Below, piece by piece: positions 38,589 through 49,590 of a DNA stretch of 64,000 nt (the stretch's first letter is position 1; the number at the start of each line of letters is the position of its first letter). Made by a program: the position numbers and the translations under genes. The DNA lies in IMG/VR virus record IMGVR_UViG_3300036546_000271. One strand, 5' to 3'. Origin of the DNA: an uncultured virus (IMG/VR IMGVR_UViG_3300036546_000271). Taxonomy: Duplodnaviria > Heunggongvirae > Uroviricota > Caudoviricetes. The notes beneath the pieces were generated by a model. That model ran no database searches. It had not been told where the DNA came from and saw nothing but the letters and a program-made list of their open reading frames with translations.

Positions 38589-39881
38589 TTAAGCTACTAA
38601 AGAGAGATGAGAATTGTAGGCTTTACGATGCTCATCTGGAGTTCTTAAAACAAAGGGAGTATTATCTCTAAGTACTGCAAATATGATGTTAGATATTTTG
38701 TGCATAACAGCACCAAGAGCAACCATTTTGGGCTTTGAAGTTTTCTTTTTATCATAATATTCCTTAAGTACTGGATTGTTAGGATTACCTGATTTAGAGC
38801 CTCTGACAGATACTAGAGCTACAGTAAAAAGAACTCTCCTAGCAAGTCTAGAACCACGCTTAGACATTGAAACTTTAGTTCCTTTAAATTTACCAGACTC
38901 CTTAACAGCAGGGTCAATACCAAAGTAAGCGTAAAGCTGTTTAGGCTTTTTAAAAGCTGAAAAATCACCAATCTCACACATTAGTGTAACAGCTGAGATA
39001 AAGCCAACACCTTTGATAGATTCAAGTAAATGTATTTGCTTAATAAAAAGATGTGATTCATGCTTAACAGTAAAATCTTTGATAGATTTTAAAATAGCTT
39101 CTATCTTAGAATTGAAGATTTCTATAAATTCAATATTAAGTTGTATGATTTGAAAAACCGAATTTAAGTTTTGTCCGAAGGACTTAGAAAGCGTGGCAGC
39201 ATCTATCAATGCATTGTACTTACGTTTTGCGTAATTTAAGCCCTTACGAGAGTTTAAAGCTATTAAAGATATAATTTCATCTTTAGGAGCTTTAAGTATA
39301 GCATCAGGTGTTTTATAGGTTTTAAGTATTAACAGTGATGTCTTGCCCGTAAGGCTAGAAAAAACTTTGCTATAACTAGGAAAAACTAAGCGAAGCTCCT
39401 TATGTAGTTTATTAACATAAGCAGTTTTAGAATCAACAAGATGATAATATTCCCTAGTAAGTGAACGCAAGTTAATTACAATGTCTGGTGGAATTACAGA
39501 GGTCTTTAAATCATGAGTATAGGCAGTTTTAGCAATACGCAAAGAATCATTTTTATCATTTTTTACTTTTCTAATACCTGCATTTTTGTTAGAATCAGTA
39601 ATAAGAGGATTGAGTACAAAAACCTCAAATCCTGATTCTTTCAGGTAGCAGAAGAGTGGGAAATGGTAGATTCCCGTAGATTCTAGAAAGATGCGAACTT
39701 TCATAGAATTAGACTCTTCTGCTTTTTTAATTGTAGAAACAGTCTTTTCAAGGGAATCAATACTATCATGAGTAACTTTAAAAGGTTTTACTACGGGTTT
39801 GTGATCAGGTGTAAGTATTGATATCCAGCTAAAATCAGCTCCAACATCAATACCGACACTGATAAAATCAAAATAATACAT
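38589..39881 (-). CDS. IS110-family DEDD recombinase/transposase
   Basis: VGIDVG, LESTGIYH, KNDKNDS, LLESIKGVG, YFGIDP...ESG, SKRG. Confidence 0.95.
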   Translation of the reverse strand: MYYFDFISVGIDVGADFSWISILTPDHKPVVKPFKVTHDSIDSLEKTVSTIKKAEESNSMKVRIFLESTGIYHFPLFCYLKESGFEVFVLNPLITDSNKNAGIRKVKNDKNDSLRIAKTAYTHDLKTSVIPPDIVINLRSLTREYYHLVDSKTAYVNKLHKELRLVFPSYSKVFSSLTGKTSLLILKTYKTPDAILKAPKDEIISLIALNSRKGLNYAKRKYNALIDAATLSKSFGQNLNSVFQIIQLNIEFIEIFNSKIEAILKSIKDFTVKHESHLFIKQIHLLESIKGVGFISAVTLMCEIGDFSAFKKPKQLYAYFGIDPAVKESGKFKGTKVSMSKRGSRLARRVLFTVALVSVRGSKSGNPNNPVLKEYYDKKKTSKPKMVALGAVMHKISNIIFAVLRDNTPFVLRTPDEHRKAYNSHLSLVA

Positions 39882-39899
39882 TTATGTTGCTCCTTTCAT

Positions 39900-40100
39900 C
39901 AAGTAGTGACATAAGAGATCCATTTAAACAGTGAGTACACAACCTAGCATGTGACACAGGTATACCGAAAACCGGTCCCAACCAGCCAACTCATAAATCA
40001 TCACTGAATGGAGTAATCGTCTTTATTGCGGGTATAGAAACCTGTAGGCTTCGCCCTAGGAGGTGATCATTTTTCCTCTTATTCAGTAATAGAATAACTA
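39900..40100 (-). ncRNA. Candidate IS110 bridge RNA in the non-coding end (boundaries approximate)
   Basis: Contains CCTCCTAG (target flank plus core), then TGCTAG/TGTACT (donor junction), in structured context. Confidence 0.55.
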
Positions 40101-40263
40101 AAGAATTGACTGGTGTCTATACCGGATTTAAATATTAAGTTTTAAAGGCAAGAACACGAACAATAAATTCGAATATAAAATTGTTGTTCATGTGTAAAAC
40201 TCAATAAATAAAGAAATGATGTAACTTTTTGTTACAAATATATTGTACTAGGAGGAGTAAAAA

Positions 40264-40677
40264 GTGACATATATAGGACAACCAATACCAAGTACACAGG
40301 TATCTATTGCAAGAGCAAAGGTGGGGGATGGCAAGTCAGTAAAAGTTACAGTTCCGGCCGAAACAATTATTCAGGCACAAACCTTTGTATTACTTGATGG
40401 CTTTTTTGGATTGGCAATGGATAGCGTAGAAACTGGAGCAGGTGAAACTGCAGAAGTAACTCTATCAATCGAACAAGCAGAATATGAAACTGACAATATC
40501 GTTACTACTGATGCATTCGATAAGGGAGATAAAGTCTATTGGGATGGCAGTAAGTTTACAACTGCTGCAGATGATGGTGGAACTCCCGCTACAGAGTACC
40601 GACTTGTAGGAAGGGTAACAGCTAGTAAAGATGCAAGCAATGTAATTCGTTTTATATTGCTTCCACAACAAGGATAA
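40264..40677 (+). CDS. Capsid decoration/cement protein (DUF2190-like)
   Basis: FFGLA, F.KGDKVYWD; directly before the major capsid gene. Confidence 0.7.
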   Translation: MTYIGQPIPSTQVSIARAKVGDGKSVKVTVPAETIIQAQTFVLLDGFFGLAMDSVETGAGETAEVTLSIEQAEYETDNIVTTDAFDKGDKVYWDGSKFTTAADDGGTPATEYRLVGRVTASKDASNVIRFILLPQQG

Positions 40678-40693
40678 TAAGGAGGAAGGATAA

Positions 40694-41728
40694 ATGTTTA
40701 AAGTAATTAGCCAAGATACGCTTTTAGAACAAAGAAGAAAACAAAGTGTAGAAGAAAAAGTTCCATTCGTAGTAGCTGGAGAAGTTGACTATGCAGATAA
40801 AAAAATTGTTAATGGGGAAATGGAGCTTTTAGACTTCAACAAACCTCTAGGGGAAATGATTAACTTTGGTTCAGTTTCAGAATTAAAAGAGTTGCTAAGA
40901 AAGGTGGTTCTTGATGTAGAACTTGGCAAAGAGCAGGTTCAGTTATTGTATAAACCAATATATGATGAAATATCAGACCCAAACCTTCCAGAAGTATTGG
41001 ACGCAAAGTGGGCATTGTCCGGAAGTTGTGTATTCTTAGAACATATGGAAGGTGACGAGGTTAAATTCGGCAGCATTGCTGCAGAACAAGGGCCAACTGC
41101 TAGAATCAGAACATATTCTACAGGATTTGAATACACAAAGAAAATGATAGACTTTAATGAGACTTTCAAAGTTGAAATGCTTAATAAATCTATGGGTGAA
41201 GCTTATAATGCGTTGCTAAATCACCTACACTTATATCCAATTATCAACTTTAATTACAAAGCTGCAAATAAAACAGCTTTCCAAGGTTCAGATGGAGATC
41301 CAGTTTGGTTAGGGATGTATAAAACATTAGCTCAAGCAGTAAAAGACTCTAGAGCTGCTAAAAGACCAGGCACTGTATTACTAGCTAATTCAGCTGATGC
41401 CATGGATATCGAAATGGCTCTTAAAGGTGGACATCAAATCAACGGAACTGTATATCCAGCTATTCCAGGAATCAATTCTGTAATCTATTATGATGGCTGG
41501 AATGTTACTGTAGGAAAGAAAAGCTACGAGTACAAAGGTGTAGATCCTGGAAAGGCTTATTTAATAAGACCTAAGAGAGGATTTAAAGAGCTTATTAAGA
41601 AAGACTACACTGTTGAAACTGGGAATAAAGATGTTTCTAGATTGATAGAAGAGCAAATTGTAGCATACTGTTATAGAGGAGTATTTGCAGCAGTCGAAGA
41701 AAATGTTCAAGAAATCACATTGAGATAA
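40694..41728 (+). CDS. Major capsid protein
   Basis: 344 aa, strong RBS, EG.EVKFG motif, position in head module. Confidence 0.8.
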   Translation: MFKVISQDTLLEQRRKQSVEEKVPFVVAGEVDYADKKIVNGEMELLDFNKPLGEMINFGSVSELKELLRKVVLDVELGKEQVQLLYKPIYDEISDPNLPEVLDAKWALSGSCVFLEHMEGDEVKFGSIAAEQGPTARIRTYSTGFEYTKKMIDFNETFKVEMLNKSMGEAYNALLNHLHLYPIINFNYKAANKTAFQGSDGDPVWLGMYKTLAQAVKDSRAAKRPGTVLLANSADAMDIEMALKGGHQINGTVYPAIPGINSVIYYDGWNVTVGKKSYEYKGVDPGKAYLIRPKRGFKELIKKDYTVETGNKDVSRLIEEQIVAYCYRGVFAAVEENVQEITLR

Positions 41729-41734
41729 TGTCTT

Positions 41735-43976
41735 TTGATAGGCATTATCTCTTTTAGTTTAGGAGGGTTCCCAATGGATGATATAGCAAAATTACAACTT
41801 TATCTAAACGATAAAGAAGGGAAAATATTCTCTCCAGAGGAACTACAAATGCTCCTCGACGAAGCAGAATGTTTATATTGTGCTGTAGCAGAAGGGTGGA
41901 GTTTAATTGCAACTAGACTAAACTTACAAGAAACTAAAAGATATACTGTTGGCACAGAAACATATGAAAAAGCTAGCGTAGATGATCAGATTAAAGCTGC
42001 ATTAAGAAACGCAGCCTATTTCAAATCAAAATGCACATGCAATAAATCTGTAGGAAGCTTTATTTTAAAGTCTAGTGCAGAGGTGGGATTATAATGGTTT
42101 CGCCTGAAAGAAGAAAGCAAGATATTATCAACGCCATAGAAGAAAGCCCTACAGAGATAACTATAAGATTATCTACTCGAAAGATTGTGGAGGGTGCATG
42201 GTCAATTGATGATATATCTAAGACTTTAAATGTGAGGATTTTCCAGCAAAGAAATTCAGAGGTTTCATCTATAAGCGACACAAAAGGTACTGCTGATACG
42301 AGTAAAAAATATGGCATGCTAGCAGACTATATGGCTGACTTAAAAGATGCGTCAAATGAAAAAATTGAATTTGACTCACCTTATGGGAGAATGGAAATTG
42401 TAGCTGTGTATCCGCAAATAGTGAAAGGGGAAATCTGTGGGTACCAATGTGAATTAAAGAGGGTGAGCTAACATGGGTATAAGCGATAATGCTAATAGGT
42501 ATTTAACAGATAAAGTAGCAGGGATGCATACAATTTTATTAGACTTTGCTGGAATAGTTGAATCAGAAGCAAAAAGAAATGCAAATCCAAGATATTGGAA
42601 AACCAATACTAATCATGCAACTCAAGCACTTCATGCAGGAGTAGAAGGTAGAGGTAGAGATTTAACTCTTTATTTATCTCATGGCGTTAAATATGGCAAG
42701 TATCTGGAAGAAGGTACTCCGCCTCATGTAATCAAGCCTAAGAAAAAGCCGTTTTTACAATTTCGAGTCAATGGTCAGTTTGTAAGAACAAAAAAAGTAA
42801 ATCATCCAGGTACTAAACCAAGACCTTTATTAGAAGATACATTAAGGGGCAATAAAGCAAGGCTGGAGAGAAACATCATAAACTGGTGGTCAAATGAGTA
42901 AAATTGGGGTGATTAAATGAGAGCAGGAGCAAGAAAACAAATACTAGACAATGTAATCACTCTAAAAGATTGCTATGAACCAAATGTCCCTAGGAAGTCA
43001 ACCGAGAAACCATATGCTGTAGTGGTGCAAGGAGCCGATACATCAAGACGAGATCCAACAAGCTTCCAAAGAACATTAGAAGTGTGGCTGTATTGCGATA
43101 TAGGAACATTCCAGACATTAGATAGTTTAATGATAGAGACAATAGAGGCTCTGAACCTAAAAACATTCACGGATCCTAACACAGGACTATCGTATACAGC
43201 TAAGTTCAATAGCACAATCGGCCAAGATATGGTAGATGAAGAATGGGGTGCTATAGTCAGAGGATTAAGCTTTTCTGTCATAGCATTATATGAGACACAT
43301 GCAACAAATGATACATGGGAAAATGCTACAGCTGATTTCATAGAAAGTACAGTTGGTACAGTTTCTTATAGAGGAGCTTGGAGAGAAGATTTCCAGGTTC
43401 CTTCTGTTTTATGCAGAACTATAAGTAAAGCTACTGAGCCATTTAACTACAATTCTTTTAGAGAAAATAGAGATATAAGAATCCATGTGGTTAGCGATAA
43501 CCAAAATGAAGTTAATCAAATCATAGATGCGATAGAACATGAACTTATTAGAGCTATAAAAATACCGTTAGAAATAGATAATCGAAGATACTTAACCATA
43601 AAATCCATTCGTGAGGATAGAAATAATGATATGCTGGGAGCTGGCCAAGTGACTGTAAGTATGACGAGGATAAACAGCATCCAAAGAGACGAGGTTTATA
43701 TAGAGAAAATCTATAGTAGAGGACAAGTTAGCGAGGAGGTTTAATATGAGTGTAAATAAAAAAACCGCTAAAACATCATCACCTGCAGAACATGAGTACC
43801 CAATAGTAGAGCTAATCATTAATTGTGAAGCTCTCACTGGGTACAAAAAAGAAGTTGCACAAGGAGCTTTATTTGATTGCAAAAAAGAGAAAATGACTAA
43901 AAAAGAATTTCAAACCAAGGTAAAAGAATTTTTAAAAAAGAAAGTAAATCAATCACATAAGAAGGAGGTTAAATAA
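41735..43976 (+). other. Head-tail joining and tail completion genes (41735-42094, 42094-42471, 42473-42901 HK97 gp10-like, 42917-43744, 43746-43976)
   Basis: Between capsid and sheath; YGKYLEEGT...HPGT.PRP motif in 42473-42901. Confidence 0.7.
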
Positions 43977-45409
43977 TGGCTAGCGGAAAATGGTCAGAAA
44001 CCGACAGACCTATAAGACCTGGGTTTTACAACAGATTTAAAGCTGCAGCACTTGCGAGGATACAGATGGGCAAACGTGGAATTGTTGCAATGCCGGTAAA
44101 GGCTAACTGGGGCCCAGCAAAAGAGGTCGTTCAAATTACATCCGAAAAAGATCTTATCGATAATTTTGGCAATGACATGAATTATTCAGCATATAAACTA
44201 GGTCGACTTGCACTGCTTGGTCAACCTAAAGAATTATTATTATACAGAATGGTAGATGGCACTGAAAAACCAGGCACATTAACATTAAAGGCACTTATAG
44301 AATCCACTGAAACCGACGCAATAAAACTTGATACTAAATACCCTTCATCTAGACCTTTTAAAATATCAGTAGCACCTAATATTGTAGATGATACAACAAC
44401 TGACATCTCTTTATACGAAGGGACAAAACTTATATATGTATTCAAAGGTTTGTCTGGAACCCCAAATGAAATTACAGCAGCTATAAATGAAGATGAAGGC
44501 AATAAGTGGCTTAAAGCAACTTCTTTGCTTACGGACCATTCAAATCCAATAACCCCAACTAGTATTGCAGCTACAAACATGACTGGTGGAAATGCTGGAG
44601 TATCTGGCATAACATCAGAACATTATGTTGAAGCAATGACAGCTTTTGAAGGTAGAAAATTCAATGGATTTACTCTTGATGGAGTAACAGACCCAGCCAT
44701 ACACACAACTGTAAGAGGATGGGTAGAAAGAAACAGGGATAATGGTAAGAAAATAAGGGCTTATCTAGGAGGAACCTCAGAAGAAACAATTACAGAAGCA
44801 AACAACAGGTCTAAGAGCATAAATTACGAAGGTATTATTAATGTTGGAGCAACAGGTGGGATACTTGACGGAATTGAATATACTCCAGCAGAAACCGCAG
44901 TATATATTTGTGCATTAGGGGAAGGTCAAAGCATGAAAGAGTGCTTATGCAACCAAACAACAGTATTCCAAGATGTTACTAAGCATTTGAGTAATGAAGA
45001 AATAGAGGAAGCTCTGCTCTCTGGAACGTTGATATTAAGATATGATGACGGAGCAGTAATTATAGAAGACGATGTAAACACACTCAAGAGCTATGGACAA
45101 GACCAGAATGAAATTTGGGGATACTTAAGAGCTATCAGATTTATGGATATGGTAGACGAGGATACATCTTTTACTGGCAACAGACAATACGTTGGAAAGG
45201 TTTTAAACGGAAGAACAGGCCAACTTGCTGTACTAACAGCACTTAAGGCATACTTTGAAACCCTACAAGGGGAGCTTATAGAAGATTTCACAGTAGCAAT
45301 AGATGAGGAACTTCAAAAGAATGCTGCAAACGATGAGTTCTTCTGGATGTGGGATGCTAAATACATCAATGTCATGAAGAAGATCATGGGTACTGGTTAT
45401 ATTAGATAA
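43976..45409 (+). CDS. Tail sheath protein (XkdK-like)
   Basis: RPGFY, RGIVA.P....WGP, I..DVNTL; followed by tube gene. Confidence 0.9.
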   Translation: MASGKWSETDRPIRPGFYNRFKAAALARIQMGKRGIVAMPVKANWGPAKEVVQITSEKDLIDNFGNDMNYSAYKLGRLALLGQPKELLLYRMVDGTEKPGTLTLKALIESTETDAIKLDTKYPSSRPFKISVAPNIVDDTTTDISLYEGTKLIYVFKGLSGTPNEITAAINEDEGNKWLKATSLLTDHSNPITPTSIAATNMTGGNAGVSGITSEHYVEAMTAFEGRKFNGFTLDGVTDPAIHTTVRGWVERNRDNGKKIRAYLGGTSEETITEANNRSKSINYEGIINVGATGGILDGIEYTPAETAVYICALGEGQSMKECLCNQTTVFQDVTKHLSNEEIEEALLSGTLILRYDDGAVIIEDDVNTLKSYGQDQNEIWGYLRAIRFMDMVDEDTSFTGNRQYVGKVLNGRTGQLAVLTALKAYFETLQGELIEDFTVAIDEELQKNAANDEFFWMWDAKYINVMKKIMGTGYIR

Positions 45410-45425
45410 AAAGGAGGAATGAAGC

Positions 45426-45836
45426 ATGTCATTTAATCCAGATAGAGCCTTTTATGGCTCTTTTTCTAAATTATTAATGGACGGAGAATGGCAAACTAAT
45501 GCCAATCACGTAGAGGCAAGAGTTGAAATGTCTAAGGGAGAATTAGACGTAATAGGAGACAACTGGACCAGATATAAAAAAGGACAATTAAAAGGTTCTG
45601 GTACTTTCTCTGGTTACAAAGTTACTTCTAAAATGATTGAGCAAGGTTTTGAAAGGTTTGAGCTGATTGTATCATTAGAAGATCCAGAGGCTTATGGTCA
45701 CGAAAGAGTAAGGCTTAAAAATTGTATGGCCGATAGTATTCAATTAGCAAATGTAACAAGCGGAGAAATCATCGAAGAAGAAACTCCGTTTACATTTGAG
45801 GGCTATGAATTATTAGATGCAGTTACTGCAGAATAA
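45426..45836 (+). CDS. Tail tube protein (XkdM-like)
   Basis: GSGT...KVTS, L.DPEAYG.ER, EEETPFTF. Confidence 0.9.
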   Translation: MSFNPDRAFYGSFSKLLMDGEWQTNANHVEARVEMSKGELDVIGDNWTRYKKGQLKGSGTFSGYKVTSKMIEQGFERFELIVSLEDPEAYGHERVRLKNCMADSIQLANVTSGEIIEEETPFTFEGYELLDAVTAE

Positions 45837-45849
45837 GAAAGGAGAATGA

Positions 45850-46290
45850 GTGATGTTAGAAAATAAGGGAAAAGATTTAAAAACTCAAGAAGAAGTTGAA
45901 ATGGCAGAAGAGGATATCATTAATAAACTTATGGAGCCTACAGATGTACCAGAAAAAACTTACAAAATAGAAAGATTAGGAATAACAGTAACGTTGAAAG
46001 GTTTAAGCGAAAGGGAAATACAAAGAATAAGAAAGGAATGCACAACAGAAAGAAAACATAGAGGACAGAGGATCAAAGAACTTAATGAGGAAGAATTTAA
46101 TGCAGCTCTAATAGAAAAAGCCACCGTAAAACCAAATTGGAGCGATAAAAGACTACTGGACAAACTTTCACTTTCTTCCGGAAGAGAAGTAATAAAAAGG
46201 AAATTATTAGCAGGAGAAATGGTAGCTCTAGGAGATAAAGTTATGGAGCTTTCTGGATTTGATGATGATCTTGAAGAGGTAAAAAACTAA
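45850..46290 (+). CDS. Tail assembly chaperone (XkdN-like) with -1 frameshift extension to 46487
   Basis: LLAGE...ELSGF...VKN end; slippery A-AAA-AAC at 46281-46287. Confidence 0.85.
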   Translation: MMLENKGKDLKTQEEVEMAEEDIINKLMEPTDVPEKTYKIERLGITVTLKGLSEREIQRIRKECTTERKHRGQRIKELNEEEFNAALIEKATVKPNWSDKRLLDKLSLSSGREVIKRKLLAGEMVALGDKVMELSGFDDDLEEVKN

Positions 46291-46487
46291 TAGGTCGGGG
46301 TTCTTTCGTTACACATCTTTACAACTTGTTTGTAAAGCATAACATGGATCCCGACTTTGTCATGTCTAGAAGCGATATGGGAAGAAAACTTCTTTTTGCC
46401 TTTTCAGAGTATGAAGCTGAGCAAGAGAAAAAAGCTAGAGAAAAAACTGAAAGAGAAAGAAAAAAAGGTAAGAGGGGAGGGAGATAA

Positions 46488-49400
46488 TTGGCTGAACAAG
46501 AAATCTATCGCTTAGAAGTCAACGTTGGAATAAGTGGAGACGAAAGAACCAGGAGAAGGCTCTCCGCTATGGACAGATATGCTGAAAGAAGCGAAAGAAG
46601 AATGAGGCAGTTGGACAGGATGGAAGCAAGTCCGGCTGTAAGGCTTGAAGATAGATTATCCTCCCCACTTAATAAAGTTGAAAGCAGGATAGGTGCATTT
46701 GCTAAAAGGGCAGTAAAGAAATTTGCCGCAGTTGCTACCGCTGGTGCTGTGCTATTAGGTGGCTTTGGGCTAGGTTCCACGATGCAAACCTACATGGAGT
46801 TTGAACAAGGAATGAAAAATGTGCAGGCCACAACAATGGCTACGGAAGCTGAAATGGTCAAACTCACTGATACAGCTAGAAATCTTGGAGCTACAACTAT
46901 TTTCACTGCCAAAGAAGCAAGCGATGGAATGAACTACTTGGCCATGGCAGGCTTTGAAACCAATGAAATCATAGAGGCAATGCCAGGGCTTTTAGATTTA
47001 GCTGCAGCAAGTGGATCTGACTTGGCGGTTACATCGGATATAGTAAGTGATGCCTTGACAGCGTTCAATATGACTGCCAAAGATACAACTCACCTTGCCG
47101 ATATAATGGCTAAGGCTAGCTCATCAGCAAATACGAATGTAGAACTCTTGGGCGAGTCTTTTAAATATGCTGCAGCTCCTGCAACTGCTTTTGGAATGTC
47201 TGCAGAAGAAACAACTGCTGTGCTTGCTAAAATGGCTGATGCAGGAATAAAGGGCTCTATGGCAGGTACTGCACTTAGAGGTGCATTGACAAGACTATCA
47301 AAACCTCCTAAAGAAGCAGCTAAATGGCTAGACAAACTAGGAGTTTCTATCGCTGGTACCGATGGCAAAATAAGACCTTTCAACGATATACTAGGAGACA
47401 TGAGAAGCTCCATGAAAGACCTAACTCAGGAGCAACGACAACAAGCTATAGCCAGCATTTTTGGACAAGAAGCTATGTCTGGTATGCTTGCGGTGTTAAA
47501 CACCAGCACGAAAGATTTTGACTCATACGTTGAAAGTCTTAAAAACGCAGAAGGTGCAGCCCAAAAAATGGCTAATATAAAAATGGATAGTTTAAGTGGT
47601 CAATTTGAAATTCTTAAATCTGCAATTAACAATGTAAAACTAGAGTTAGGAGACAGACTAGCTCCTTATACCAAAGATTTTGTTCAATGGGCCATAGATA
47701 ATCTTCCTAATGTTGCAGATAAAATAGTTGAAATTGTAGACAAAACTATTGAATTTGGCACTAAGACATATCCGTATGTTTTAAGTTTTATAAATCTATT
47801 AAAAGAAATGTCTCCACTTTTGGCTGGAATCAGTGCAGCATTACTCACTTTGAAAGTAGGAAGTATAATAATTGGATTGGCTGGAGCATTTTCAACGTTA
47901 ACAGGAGCTATAGCTGTAGTTACTACTGGAGCAGCTGCAGCCACACCTGCTGTTACATCCTTGGCTTCAACTATAACCTTTCTAACTGGACCAGTTGGAA
48001 TGATAGCATTAGCAATAGGCGCCCTAGTAGCTATAGGAGTTCTCCTATGGAAGAACTGGGACACCATAAAAGAAAAAGCCGGACAATTAGCTGAGTGGCT
48101 AGGAGATAAGTGGAACAGCATAAAAGAGTGGACCTCTAATGCATGGGATAATGTAAAAAATACGGTATCGGACAAATGGAACAGTCTAAAAGAAACTGTC
48201 ACAGGTATAGGGCCAGCTATAAAAGATGGTGTATTGAATACCTGGGATAAAGTAAAGACTGGAACAGCTAATAAGTGGGATAGTATTAAATCCACTGTGT
48301 CTGATGGTATTACCAAGGCAAAAGAAATAGTAACAAGTGTAATATCCAACCTTCCAAGTCATACTATAGAATCATTTACGAAGATGAAGGACGGAATACT
48401 CTCTGTCTTTGAAGGAATTAAAAATATCTTTAGTGGATACTGGAAGATCATTAAAAATATCTTTATGGGAGCCATGCTTGTATTAATAGACATAGTTACC
48501 CTTGATTTTGACAGCCTTAAAAAAGATATCGCTAACATCTGGAATAATATTAAAGATGGATTTAGTCAAATATGGGGAGGAATAAAACAGGTATTCTACG
48601 GAGCAGGCGAATATATAAAAGGATATCTAAATTTATTATGGGAAAGCCTTAAAAATGGAATATCTATCGTTTGGACAGCTATAACAAATTTCTTTGTCAG
48701 CACCTGGGAGGATATAAAAACTAGAGCTGTTGAAGGCTGGAATTCCTTTAAAGAAGGAATAGCTAATATCATAACAAGCTCTATCGAATGGATCAAAGGA
48801 GCTTGGAACGGAGCGGTCGAATGGTTTTCAACATTACCGAGTAGATTGTACGAAAAAGGAGTGGCAATGTTCAGCTCTTTAAAAGATGGTTTAGCAAGCA
48901 TGAAAGAATCCGCGGTTTTAAAGGCTAAAGAGGTCGGAACTAGCATTGTAGAAAAAGTTAAATCTCTTCCAGGAGAAATGCTTGACATAGGAAAAAACAT
49001 CATGAAAGGATTAGCTAATGGAATTAAATCTATGATTACAGCTCCGATAAACGCTGCTAAAGATGTAGCCTCTGGAATTGCTGAAAAAATAAGAGACAAG
49101 CTTAAAATACACTCTCCTTCAAGGTTAATGATGGAGTATGGTGGATTTACAACAGAGGGATTAGCTGAAGGTATGGAAAAAGAAATTCCCAAACTCGAAA
49201 CTGTTGTGGGAACTACCCATAAAGTTATTACAGATGAAGGAGAAAATAAAAAAAGCTTGATGAAAAACTTCTTTGGCATGACGCTCCCAAAGGCGGAGAA
49301 GTTAAAAGAAATTCCTTTCTTTCAAAAAGTCGTAGAAAAAACAAAAAAAATAAAACCTTATATTACAAAATCAGAATCTGACGAACCTCAAAGCGACATT

Positions 49401-49580
49401 CCGGTTGTAGCTGCAGCTGGATCCGGAGGAGGAAACTCGTATTACATTAATATAGACAACATAGATGTGAACTTAGACAGGGCAGAAAACGGAGACAATG
49501 AAGATATTTATGAAATCGTCCAAGAAGCTCAAGAGGAATTTGGAAGAAAACTCCTAGAAGCTCTAAGAGATAAAAAATAG
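46488..49580 (+). CDS. Tape measure protein (TP901-type core)
   Basis: 1030 aa, FEQGMKNVQA, GIKGSMAGTALR, Trp-periodic repeats, IHSPSR. Confidence 0.93.
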   Translation: MAEQEIYRLEVNVGISGDERTRRRLSAMDRYAERSERRMRQLDRMEASPAVRLEDRLSSPLNKVESRIGAFAKRAVKKFAAVATAGAVLLGGFGLGSTMQTYMEFEQGMKNVQATTMATEAEMVKLTDTARNLGATTIFTAKEASDGMNYLAMAGFETNEIIEAMPGLLDLAAASGSDLAVTSDIVSDALTAFNMTAKDTTHLADIMAKASSSANTNVELLGESFKYAAAPATAFGMSAEETTAVLAKMADAGIKGSMAGTALRGALTRLSKPPKEAAKWLDKLGVSIAGTDGKIRPFNDILGDMRSSMKDLTQEQRQQAIASIFGQEAMSGMLAVLNTSTKDFDSYVESLKNAEGAAQKMANIKMDSLSGQFEILKSAINNVKLELGDRLAPYTKDFVQWAIDNLPNVADKIVEIVDKTIEFGTKTYPYVLSFINLLKEMSPLLAGISAALLTLKVGSIIIGLAGAFSTLTGAIAVVTTGAAAATPAVTSLASTITFLTGPVGMIALAIGALVAIGVLLWKNWDTIKEKAGQLAEWLGDKWNSIKEWTSNAWDNVKNTVSDKWNSLKETVTGIGPAIKDGVLNTWDKVKTGTANKWDSIKSTVSDGITKAKEIVTSVISNLPSHTIESFTKMKDGILSVFEGIKNIFSGYWKIIKNIFMGAMLVLIDIVTLDFDSLKKDIANIWNNIKDGFSQIWGGIKQVFYGAGEYIKGYLNLLWESLKNGISIVWTAITNFFVSTWEDIKTRAVEGWNSFKEGIANIITSSIEWIKGAWNGAVEWFSTLPSRLYEKGVAMFSSLKDGLASMKESAVLKAKEVGTSIVEKVKSLPGEMLDIGKNIMKGLANGIKSMITAPINAAKDVASGIAEKIRDKLKIHSPSRLMMEYGGFTTEGLAEGMEKEIPKLETVVGTTHKVITDEGENKKSLMKNFFGMTLPKAEKLKEIPFFQKVVEKTKKIKPYITKSESDEPQSDIPVVAAAGSGGGNSYYINIDNIDVNLDRAENGDNEDIYEIVQEAQEEFGRKLLEALRDKK

Positions 49581-49590
49581 GAGGTGGAAC

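Larger units (their letters stand above)
38464..40251 (-). mobile_element. IS110-family insertion sequence bounded by CTAG cores (38464-38467 and 40248-40251)
   Basis: Antisense transposase in the head operon; no terminal IRs seen; removal gives ...GACCAG-CTAG-GAGGAG... and a compact intergenic gap. Confidence 0.85.

Noticed and set aside
47684..49279. Long antisense ORFs (also 30645-31286, 59207-59812 and many shorter ones)
   Set aside because: They shadow well-supported genes on the opposite strand and show no recognisable motifs or RBS.
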